This document shows positions 19,223 to 27,129 of a DNA stretch of 64,000 nucleotides, in pieces; within the stretch, counting starts at the first letter, position 1; each line of letters starts with the position of its first letter. The stretch is from Candidatus Brocadiaceae bacterium (lineage in GTDB: Bacteria; Planctomycetota; Brocadiia; SM23-32), in contig JAAYEJ010000045.1 of NCBI GenBank assembly GCA_012728835.1, positions 36,475 to 100,474 of the forward strand, given 5' to 3'. The notes beneath the pieces are model-generated. The model searched no databases. It was not told the DNA's origin and saw only the letters and a program-made list of their open reading frames with translations. The translations under genes and the position numbers were made by a program.

Positions 19223-21088
19223 TCAGCCGGCCCCGAGTTCCTTCTCCATCTCCTGCCAGAGTGCCCGCACGGCCGTCGCGGCCGGCCCGCGGCCGTGTTC
19301 CACGAGGTTGCGGCCGGCGCAGAGGGCTTCGTTGACATTGGGATCGAAGGGGATCCGGCCGATGACGCGGGCGCCGTATTGGGAAGCCATCGCGCGGATG
19401 CGCTCGGCCTGCTCCGTGTTGAGGTCGCACTTGTTGATGCAGATCACGCTCTGCACGCCGAAGTGCCGGCAGAGCTGCAGGGCACGTTCCATGTCGTGCA
19501 CGCCGGAGACGGTCGGCTCGGTGACGATCAGGGCCAGGTCGGCGCCCGAGACGGAGGCGATGACGGGGCAGCCGGTCCCCGGCGAGCCGTCGTTGATGAT
19601 CCTGGACTGCCCGCCGTCGGCGGCCAGGTCCGATGCGCGCTCGCGCACGTGCGTCACCAGCTTGCCGGAGTTCTCCTCGGCGATGCCCAGCCGCGCGTGC
19701 GACATCATGCCGTGGCACGTCTCGGAGACGTAGCTCTGCCCCGTGCAGTTGTCGGTGACGTCGATGGCCCCGATCGGGCAGACGTGTCCGCAGAAGCCAC
19801 AACCCTCACAGGCGAGGTCGTTCACGGCGTAGGCGGTGGGCGTTCCGTCGGCGGCATACACGGGATCGATGGCGTCGAAGTGGCAGTGCGCAGCGCACAC
19901 GCCGCAGGCGACGCACTGCGCGGAACGGATCGTCGCCTTCTTTCCACCGTAGAAGTCCTGCGCTTCCAGAACGCGCGGCCTGAGCAGCAGATGCAGGTCG
20001 GCGGCGTCCACGTCGCAGTCGGCCATGACCTTGTCATCGCTCAGTGCGGCCAACGCGGCCGTCACCGTCGTCTTGCCCGTGCCGCCCTTGCCGCTGATGA
20101 CGGTGCACTCCCGGTATGTCCTGCCGCTGCCCGAGCGCGGCGGGGCCGTCTCGGCCGGCGCTGTCTGCGTGTTCCATACCTCCGCCGGAGCGGCCGGCGG
20201 TTCCTGTGTCGACAGCTCGACCATGCGCCGGTAGACGGACAGCAGTTCGTCCGCCACCTCCGGGAAGGCGTCGATCAGCAGGTCGCCGCGCGAGTAGGTC
20301 TCCGCGTACTTCCGGCTGAACGGGATGCGGCCGATGATGGGCACGCCGACGCGGTCAGCGTATTCCCGGATGATGGTGTCCCGTCCGTCGGATCGGTTCA
20401 CCACGATGCCCGTGGGACGGCGCAACTCGAGCGCCAGGCCGACCGCCAGGCCCAGGTCGTTGAGCCCGAAGGGCGTCGGTTCGGTAACGAGGATCACCGC
20501 GTCGGCATCCCGCACGGCCTCCACCACCGGGCAGGCGGTGCCCGGGGCGGCATCGATCAGCGTCAGGCCCTCGTCGGCCGCGTGCTGCTTGACGCCGCGC
20601 ACGACCGCGGGCGCCAGGGGCTCGGCCACGTTCAGCAGGCCGTGGGCGAAGTAGAACTCGCCGGAGCCGGGGTCCGCCTCCACCGTGCCGATGACCACCT
20701 CGTGCTCGCTCAATGCGCCTTCGGGGCAGATGTAGCTGCAGAGCCCGCACGCGTGGCAGAGTTCGGAGAAGATGAGCACGTTGGGTGTCGGGGGACCGTC
20801 CTCGGACGGCTTGTTGACAACCGCGATGGCGTTGTAGTTGCACGCCTCCTGGCACTTCCTGCAGCCGGTGCACCGCTCAGGGTCCCATTGCGGGCGTCGC
20901 ACCGCGACGTCTTGCCTTTCGGAGAAGTGCGGGTGAACGAACAGGTGATCGTTCGGCTCCTCGACGTCGCAGTCAAGGAGGCGGACCGGCTGCCGGATGC
21001 TGTCGCCGCGCGTCAGGGCGGCGGCCATGTTGACCGCGACCGTCGTCTTGCCCGTGCCGCCCTTGCCGCTGGCGATGGTAATGACCAT
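19223..21088 (-). CDS. tandem fusion of two MinD/ParA-type P-loop ATPases, each carrying an inserted 2x[4Fe-4S] ferredoxin domain (COG1149-like)
   Basis: Two GKGGTGKTT Walker A motifs (aa 8 and about 330). Four CxxCxxCxxxCP ferredoxin motifs. Confidence 0.8.
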   Translation of the reverse strand: MVITIASGKGGTGKTTVAVNMAAALTRGDSIRQPVRLLDCDVEEPNDHLFVHPHFSERQDVAVRRPQWDPERCTGCRKCQEACNYNAIAVVNKPSEDGPPTPNVLIFSELCHACGLCSYICPEGALSEHEVVIGTVEADPGSGEFYFAHGLLNVAEPLAPAVVRGVKQHAADEGLTLIDAAPGTACPVVEAVRDADAVILVTEPTPFGLNDLGLAVGLALELRRPTGIVVNRSDGRDTIIREYADRVGVPIIGRIPFSRKYAETYSRGDLLIDAFPEVADELLSVYRRMVELSTQEPPAAPAEVWNTQTAPAETAPPRSGSGRTYRECTVISGKGGTGKTTVTAALAALSDDKVMADCDVDAADLHLLLRPRVLEAQDFYGGKKATIRSAQCVACGVCAAHCHFDAIDPVYAADGTPTAYAVNDLACEGCGFCGHVCPIGAIDVTDNCTGQSYVSETCHGMMSHARLGIAEENSGKLVTHVRERASDLAADGGQSRIINDGSPGTGCPVIASVSGADLALIVTEPTVSGVHDMERALQLCRHFGVQSVICINKCDLNTEQAERIRAMASQYGARVIGRIPFDPNVNEALCAGRNLVEHGRGPAATAVRALWQEMEKELGAG

Positions 21089-21129
21089 GGTACTTCACTC
21101 CCATGAACTCGGATGGCATACGACTCCGG

Positions 21130-22023
21130 CTATGCGTTCGGCGCGGCCGAAGGGGACTCGCTCGCTTCGATGATCTGTTCGACCACGCGGAGGAACGCCT
21201 GCCCCGCCGCGGTCTCGGCGCCACCCCTGACGAACGGCACGCCGTCCTCGCACGCCTGCATCAGCGTGGGGTCGAGCGGGATGCGGCCCAGGAAGGGCAC
21301 GCCGGCCCTGCCGGCCATCGCCTCCCCGCCTCCGGCCCCGAACACATCGGTGCTCTTGCCGCAGTGCGGGCAGACGAATCCGCTCATGTTCTCCACCACG
21401 CCGAGAACGGGCAGGTGGAGCTGCCGGCAGAAGCCGATGCACTTGCGCACGTCGGCCAGGGCCAGCTCCTGAGGCGTCGTCACGACGACGCCGCCGGTGG
21501 CGCCCGGTATGAGCTGGCAGACCGACAGCGGTTCGTCGCCCGTGCCGGGCGGCAGGTCGACGATCAGGTAGTCCAGCTCCCCCCATTCCACGTCCGCAAG
21601 GAACTGACGCAGCACGTTCATCTTCAACGGGCCGCGCCAGATGACGGCGTCGTCCTTCTGGCGAAGCAGGAACGCGATGGACATGACCTGAAGGCCCGGG
21701 CCACAGGGCGCGGGCAGGATCTTCTGCCCGTCCGAGAGCAGGTGAGTCTCGTCCAGCCCCAGGATCTTCGGCACGCTGGGGCCATGGAAGTCGGAGTCCA
21801 GCAGGCCCACCTTCCGGCCCGTCATGGCCAGGGCGACGGCCAGGTTTGCCGCCACGGTGCTCTTGCCGACGCCGCCCTTTCCGGACATGACGGCCACGGT
21901 GTGCTTGATGCCGGCCACCTGCTGCCGGAGGCGGCGCTCCTGTTCCTGACGTTCCTGCATCTGGTCTGGCCGGGCATTCCCGGCCCCGGAGGGCTCCTCA
22001 ACGGACTGCTCTGGGTCAGGCAT
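21130..22023 (-). CDS. mrp: Mrp/ApbC/NBP35-family Fe-S cluster carrier ATPase
   Basis: SGKGGVGKST Walker A. Conserved CPHC (GFVCPHCG) cluster-ligand motif. Confidence 0.85.
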   Translation of the reverse strand: MPDPEQSVEEPSGAGNARPDQMQERQEQERRLRQQVAGIKHTVAVMSGKGGVGKSTVAANLAVALAMTGRKVGLLDSDFHGPSVPKILGLDETHLLSDGQKILPAPCGPGLQVMSIAFLLRQKDDAVIWRGPLKMNVLRQFLADVEWGELDYLIVDLPPGTGDEPLSVCQLIPGATGGVVVTTPQELALADVRKCIGFCRQLHLPVLGVVENMSGFVCPHCGKSTDVFGAGGGEAMAGRAGVPFLGRIPLDPTLMQACEDGVPFVRGGAETAAGQAFLRVVEQIIEASESPSAAPNA

Positions 22024-22088
22024 GGGTTGTGCGTCCTTCCATAGATGTGGTCTTTCGGCACGTCACGTGATCGGCGCGCGGGGAGGCG

Positions 22089-22448
22089 TCAGCGGAAGAA
22101 CCCGTCCCGCCACCAGAGGAAGTAGCCCCAACGCGAGTCAAGGTTGTATCCGTCCGCGTCCGTGCCGGCCGGTGCTTCGTCGTCCGCCTCAAGGAGCATC
22201 CTGCACGGTTCGCCGAACACAAGCAGACGGTAGGCGCCGTTGATGGCGGCAAAGCGGCGGGCCGCATCGGGGTCGCCCGCCTTGCGGTCCGGGTGGTTCT
22301 CCTTGCAGGCCCGTCGCCAGGCACGCTTCAGTTCCTCGGGCGGGGCGTCCTCCGGCACGTCCAGGATGCGGCGCGCGATCCTGCGCGCGCGCACCTCGCG
22401 TTCGAGCCGGTCCTGGAACTGGGAATCGTCCACCCTCAGACCCGCCAT
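22089..22448 (-). CDS. small J-domain protein (about 120 aa)
   Basis: J-domain LKRAWRRACKENHPDRKAGDPDAARRFAAINGAYRLL with HPD. The start is at the internal MAGLRVDD. The ORF upstream of it is Arg-rich shadow. Confidence 0.6.
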   Translation of the reverse strand: MAGLRVDDSQFQDRLEREVRARRIARRILDVPEDAPPEELKRAWRRACKENHPDRKAGDPDAARRFAAINGAYRLLVFGEPCRMLLEADDEAPAGTDADGYNLDSRWGYFLWWRDGFFR

Positions 22449-22474
22449 CCTGTCGCTCAGGGCCGTGCGGCTTC

Positions 22475-22978
22475 CTATTCGAGCTCTGCGTCCTGCAGGT
22501 ATTGTCGAATGCACAGTTCGCACGCCTGCCGTTCGGAGCCTCCCCGGGCGAACCGGCGGAACTCCTCCAGCCAGCTGTCTCCCTCGTCGCGCCGGCGGCC
22601 GACAAAGGCGAGGAAGCAGACGAGCCGGTCCAGCGTCTCGCGATCGATCGCATGCTCCATCCTGCACGCCATGGAGTCGGATCGTTCGGCCTCCAGGCCG
22701 AGCACGCCCTCAAGGAAGTCCCTGATGACGCGGTGCCTCAGCAGGATGCGCCCCGCCCGTTCGCGCCCCTCAGGCGAAAGCGTGACCGGCTCATAGGGCT
22801 CGTAGTTGACGAGCCCCTTGTCGGAAAGGCTCTGGAGCGCCGTGGTTACGGCCGACTTCGCCACGTTGACCATGGCAGAGATGTCGCGCACGCGGGCAAA
22901 GCGCTTCTCCCGCTCAAGCCGGTAAATGGCCTCCAGATAGTCCTCCAACGCGGCACTCAGTTGCCCCGTCAACGCCAT
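22475..22978 (-). CDS. DtxR/MntR-family metal-dependent transcriptional repressor
   Basis: N-terminal HTH (LEDYLEAIYRL...RVRDISAMVNVAKSAVTTALQSL) plus a metal-binding/dimerisation domain. GGAGGA RBS. Confidence 0.85.
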   Translation of the reverse strand: MALTGQLSAALEDYLEAIYRLEREKRFARVRDISAMVNVAKSAVTTALQSLSDKGLVNYEPYEPVTLSPEGRERAGRILLRHRVIRDFLEGVLGLEAERSDSMACRMEHAIDRETLDRLVCFLAFVGRRRDEGDSWLEEFRRFARGGSERQACELCIRQYLQDAELE

Positions 22979-22997
22979 GGCCGTTCCTCCAACTCGT

Positions 22998-23050
22998 TGT
23001 TCTACTAACAGAACATTATACTCCCTGGCGAACATAATGCAAGCGAACGG
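22998..23050 (-). promoter_or_regulatory. sigma70-like promoter (TTGCAT-N16-TATAAT on the minus strand) with an 18-bp palindrome TGTTCT-N6-AGAACA between -10 and RBS of the DtxR-family gene; candidate autoregulatory operator
   Basis: Perfect inverted repeat at 22998..23015. Locally AT-rich in a GC-rich genome. A divergent TTGAAC-N17-TATACT motif for the + strand gene lies at about 23090-23125. Confidence 0.45.
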
Positions 23051-23173
23051 GCTGGTGAACGCGGCAGGCGCCACTGTTGTACCAGAACGCACGTTGAACG
23101 GCGGTCACGGCCGCACTATACTCCGGCGGTCTGAAGGCGGAACGGCCGGCACGATCGCTACGAGGGCTGACGC

Positions 23174-23617
23174 ATGAAGATCGAACACATGGGCTTCATC
23201 GTGCAGGCGCCGATCGACATGGGCGCCTGGTATGCGGAACACCTGGGCTTCCGGATCGTCGTCCGCAACGGCGACAACGACCAGGGCTCGACGTGGCTGG
23301 CCGACGATGCCGGCGCCCTTCTGATCGAACTGGGTGCGACACCGACCACTCCGCCGGTGGATTTCGCGTCGCTGGCGCCGCTCCAGGTGCATCTGGCCGT
23401 TGCCAGCGAGGACGCGGAGGAGGACAGCCGGCGGCTGCAGGCAGCCGGCGCGGCCTTCGTCGAGCGCTGCGCCAGCGCTCCGGGCGACACGATCCTGCTG
23501 CTGCGCGACCCATGGGGCATGGCGATCCAGCTCGTCCAGCGCGGTCCCGACAGCCCCTTCCGCCGTAGCGCTTCCTCAGCGTGCTACTTTGAGTCAGGGC
23601 ACTGCCATGCCGATTGA
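23174..23617 (+). CDS. VOC/glyoxalase-family protein
   Basis: Glyoxalase-like fold signature (MKIEHMGFIVQ...HLAV). Confidence 0.65.
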   Translation: MKIEHMGFIVQAPIDMGAWYAEHLGFRIVVRNGDNDQGSTWLADDAGALLIELGATPTTPPVDFASLAPLQVHLAVASEDAEEDSRRLQAAGAAFVERCASAPGDTILLLRDPWGMAIQLVQRGPDSPFRRSASSACYFESGHCHAD

Positions 23618-24665
23618 GACGGACGCAATTCTGGAGGTTCTGGCCGAACTGGTGGCCGCGCGAGGCCCGTGCGGCCATGAGGACGAGGTGGACGCCGTCT
23701 GCCGGCGCCATCTGGAGCCCTTCTGCGACGAAGTGACCACCGACCCGGCCGGGAACGTCGTCGGCCTGATCCGCGGCCAGAGCCGCGAGCCCGGCGTCAA
23801 GGTGATGGCGCACAAGGACGAGCTGGGCGCCTACGTGAAGCGCATCGAGGACGACGGGCGGCTCAGTGTGCGGCCCCGCGGGTTCCTGTATCGGCGCTTC
23901 GGAGACGGGCCGGTGGACGTTCTGCCGGACAGCGGGGAGCCCATCCCGGGCGTGATCGGGCTCGGCCCGCGCCATGCGTCCGAGAACCCCGGCGAGCCCC
24001 GCGACGGCAAGGAGGTCTCGTGGGAGGCCGTCCGCGTGAACACGCGCCTGAGCCGCGACGAGCTGCGGGTGCGCGGCGTTCACGCGGGCTCCCGCGTCGT
24101 GGTCGGTCGCAGCCGCCGGCGGCTGTTCTTCTTCGAGGACTGCGTGGGCAGCTATTTCCTGGACGACCGCGCGGGCATCGCCCTGATGCTGGCGGCGGGC
24201 GCCGAGGTCCGCCGGGGCGGCCCGCCCCCGTGTGACGTGCACTTCATCTGCTCGTCGTTGGAGGAGATCGCGGGCGGCGCGGCCGCGTATGCGTCGCACT
24301 CCCTGCCCGGGGAGATCCTGCTCGCGCTCGACGTCGCCCCGGCCGCACCCGAGTATGACGTCCCACTCGACGCGATGCCCGTCATCCTCGTCAGCGACCA
24401 GCAGTCGGTCTACTCCCGTGCGGTCTGCCGGGCCCTGGCCGAGGCCGGCGAGGCGGCCGGGACAGGATCACGCTACGCGGCCGTCGAGCATTACGGCTCG
24501 GATGCGTCCTGTGTGCGGAAGACGGGCGGCGCGGCGCAGATCGGCTGCCTGGGCCTGCCGACGGACAACACGCACGGGTTCGAGGTGTGTGTGCGGGAGG
24601 GCCTGACGAACTGCGCGAAGCTGCTGGCGGCCTACCTGCAAACGGGCGGTAGCGGTTCCGCTTGA
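23607..24665 (+). CDS. M42-family metallopeptidase (FrvX/aminopeptidase-like)
   Basis: M42 motifs: HEDEV, MAHKDELG, DDRAG, EEIAGGAA. Eleven-nucleotide overlap with the upstream gene. Confidence 0.75.
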   Translation: MPIETDAILEVLAELVAARGPCGHEDEVDAVCRRHLEPFCDEVTTDPAGNVVGLIRGQSREPGVKVMAHKDELGAYVKRIEDDGRLSVRPRGFLYRRFGDGPVDVLPDSGEPIPGVIGLGPRHASENPGEPRDGKEVSWEAVRVNTRLSRDELRVRGVHAGSRVVVGRSRRRLFFFEDCVGSYFLDDRAGIALMLAAGAEVRRGGPPPCDVHFICSSLEEIAGGAAAYASHSLPGEILLALDVAPAAPEYDVPLDAMPVILVSDQQSVYSRAVCRALAEAGEAAGTGSRYAAVEHYGSDASCVRKTGGAAQIGCLGLPTDNTHGFEVCVREGLTNCAKLLAAYLQTGGSGSA

Positions 24666-24675
24666 CGTACGCAAG

Positions 24676-24701
24676 AGGGGCCGGCAACGCCGCCGGCCCC
24701 T
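24676..24701. terminator. GC-rich hairpin (10-bp perfect stem AGGGGCCGGC/GCCGGCCCCT), candidate bidirectional terminator between convergent genes
   Basis: Perfect inverted repeat in a 66-bp convergent intergenic region. No U-tract. Confidence 0.4.
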
Positions 24702-24731
24702 GTCGCTTCACGCACACGCTTCAGCAGGAAA

Positions 24732-25721
24732 TCACTGCTGCGGAGGCATCGGGGCTCCCGGCGCCATCCCGCCCTGCATCATGCCCTGCTGCATCTGCTG
24801 CAGGGCCGCGACCATGGCGGTGAGTTCGGCCTCGCTCAACTGGGTGGCCAGCCGCACTGTGGCGCCCTCGCCGTAGATCCGCGCGTTGTCGATCAGCGGA
24901 CGGAAGGGCTGGAACATCATGGCCATGAAGTTCGACGGCTGCGCCATCTGGGCCTTGACGCCGTTCAGGCCCTCCGCGCCCTGAGCGGCGACCTGCACGG
25001 CGGTGGCGGCGTCGGCCAGCTCGAGCAGGCCGTTGATGGACAGCCCGGCGGGCATCGAGACGCCAAGGGCCACCCCCTTGGTGCCGGCCAGCCAGGCGGG
25101 CGCGTTGGGGTCGGCCTGGGCCTGGGCCTTGAGGTCGTCGGTCAGGACGAAGGCCCCCTGGATCGGCTCGCGGAGATACGGGGAGGCCAGTTGCCGGGCT
25201 GCCTTGAGATCGTCGCGAGCCTGGCCCCTGAACGCCACGATCCCCTTGGCCAGGCTGGCCTGGGTGGACCCGAACAGAAGCGTGGTGTCGTCGGCGACGA
25301 CCAGCATGGGCGACTCGCCGGGGCCGGCGGCATGGTCCAGGGCATAGGCCGCCATGCCCTCGACGGTGGTCGCCTGCCCCGTCAGGAACTGGGCGACATC
25401 CTCGCGGATCGTCTCGGTGCCCTTCACGAGGCCGCTCACTTCCGGCGGGCCTCCCTCGGCTCCCGGCAGCACGAACAGGACGAACTGGTCGAGCTTCTGC
25501 ACGTCCACCGGCACGGGCATGCCCTGCCTCAGGCTCTGAGCCAGCGGAGAGCCGAGCAGCCTGGGCATGTCGACGAGCAGGTAACCGACGGAACCCGCCG
25601 GCGCCTGGTCCAGCAACTGGAGCCGCGCCCGGGGCGGGGCGACCACGGCAGTCTGCGCGTGAACCGCGAAGGCCGACATCAGCAGGCAGACAACACAGAA
25701 CAGCAGCTTGGCATGCTTCAT
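24732..25721 (-). CDS. secreted hypothetical protein with Gln/Met/Gly-rich C-terminal tail
   Basis: Signal peptide MKHAKLLFCVVCLLMSAFAVHA. No family recognised. Confidence 0.55.
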   Translation of the reverse strand: MKHAKLLFCVVCLLMSAFAVHAQTAVVAPPRARLQLLDQAPAGSVGYLLVDMPRLLGSPLAQSLRQGMPVPVDVQKLDQFVLFVLPGAEGGPPEVSGLVKGTETIREDVAQFLTGQATTVEGMAAYALDHAAGPGESPMLVVADDTTLLFGSTQASLAKGIVAFRGQARDDLKAARQLASPYLREPIQGAFVLTDDLKAQAQADPNAPAWLAGTKGVALGVSMPAGLSINGLLELADAATAVQVAAQGAEGLNGVKAQMAQPSNFMAMMFQPFRPLIDNARIYGEGATVRLATQLSEAELTAMVAALQQMQQGMMQGGMAPGAPMPPQQ

Positions 25722-26138
25722 GGGGTTCAATCCTGCCTCTCTATGCACACTCGCTGGGAAATCCCCTGTCGTCCGGTCGGGCAGCCATGCATCGCCGCCC
25801 ACCGACACCGGAAGGCAATCCATCGGTCCTGCGCCGGCCCCTCCTCTGGCCATGATCGCAGAAATCGCGTTCGGCAGCCGTCCGACGCTCCAGGCCGGGC
25901 GCTCAAACCATGCCCGAATAGTACGCGCGCCGGGCCGGTCTGTCAAGGTGAAAACCGGGGGGGCCGCCCCGAGGCTCGTCTGCGGGCGGCACGGTCCGTG
26001 CCCCGCCCCGCGCCCGTCGGACACCCCGCGTGCAAAAAATGAGCCTTGACTTCCCCGGGCGTCGCGCTATCATCGGTTATTGGCGGTGGGGGCACCAGGG
26101 GGAGATGTTTGGTCGCCGTTTGGGAATGGGAGGCGTTC

Positions 26139-26549
26139 ATGACGGCAAACGACTTGGTCGGGCAGGTGATGGCGCAGTTGGGTGTCGGCGAGGACCAGGC
26201 GAAGGGGGGAGCCGGCCTTCTTCTGAAACTGGCCAGAGAGAAGCTGGGCGGCGACTTCGCCGAGGTCACCAAGGTCGTGCCCGACGTGCAGGGTCTGATC
26301 GATTCGGCCCCCGAGACCGGCGGTATGGGCAAGCTCGTGGGCCGGTTGGCCGGCACGCTGGGCGGTGCAAAGGCGGGCGGCCTGGGCGGCCTCGCCGATC
26401 TGGCCGGGGGCTTCAGCAAGCTCAAGCTGGACCCCGGCATGATCGAGAAGTACGCGGGCGTCATACTCAGCTTCGTCAAGAGCAAGGGCGGGCCCGCTGT
26501 GATGCAGATACTCTCCAAGGTGCTGAAGGGCGGCGGGGCCGCATCCTGA
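26139..26549 (+). CDS. DUF2780-like small protein
   Basis: GGGAGG RBS. Gly-rich sequence similar to the DUF2780 family. TTGACT-N16-TATCAT promoter-like motif around 26048-26075. Confidence 0.5.
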   Translation: MTANDLVGQVMAQLGVGEDQAKGGAGLLLKLAREKLGGDFAEVTKVVPDVQGLIDSAPETGGMGKLVGRLAGTLGGAKAGGLGGLADLAGGFSKLKLDPGMIEKYAGVILSFVKSKGGPAVMQILSKVLKGGGAAS

Positions 26550-26600
26550 GTCCGGAGAGCGTGAACGCAGCAGCACAGGAACTCGAACGGAGGGAGTACG

Positions 26601-27005
26601 ATGGCGAAGCTGGTCGATATCGAGGGCATCGGTCCGGCCTATGAGGCCAAGCTCAAGGAGGCCGGCGTCACGACGGTCGAGGACCTCCTCAAGAAGGGCG
26701 CAACGCCCAAGGGTCGCACGGACCTGGCCGCGGCCACCGCAATCAGCGGCAAGAACATCCTCCGCTGGGTGAACCACGCGGACCTCTTCCGCATCCACGG
26801 CGTCGCCGGCGAATACGCGGAACTGCTGGAAGCGGCGGGCGTGGACACGGTGGCCGAACTCGCGCGGCGCCGTCCCGACAACCTCCTGGCCGCCATGACG
26901 AAGACGAACGAAGAGAAGAAGCTCGTCCGTGTGGTGCCGTCGGCAGCCATGGTCACCAAGTGGGTCGAGGAAGCCAAGTCGCTGCCGCGCGCCGTGGAAT
27001 ACTGA
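26601..27005 (+). CDS. DUF4332 domain protein (helix-hairpin-helix type)
   Basis: GGAGGG RBS. LVDIEGIGPAYEAKLKEAGVTTVEDLL HhH-like motif duplicated. Confidence 0.6.
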   Translation: MAKLVDIEGIGPAYEAKLKEAGVTTVEDLLKKGATPKGRTDLAAATAISGKNILRWVNHADLFRIHGVAGEYAELLEAAGVDTVAELARRRPDNLLAAMTKTNEEKKLVRVVPSAAMVTKWVEEAKSLPRAVEY

Positions 27006-27129
27006 CGGCCGTCGCGCCCTGACGTGAGCCGATGCGGAGATGGAGCGCAACGGAAGCCCGGGTGGCGTCCCGAGCCCGTTGCGCTCCTCTCGTCTTCAGC
27101 GCTTCCCGGCATGCGCGCCCGCAGACGGC

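Noticed and set aside
19295-21106. 603-aa + strand ORF
   Set aside because: Antisense of the double ferredoxin-MinD ATPase gene. Low-complexity composition.
23196-24299. 367-aa minus-strand ORF across the VOC and M42 peptidase genes
   Set aside because: Arg/Ala-rich shadow. The + strand genes carry recognisable family motifs.
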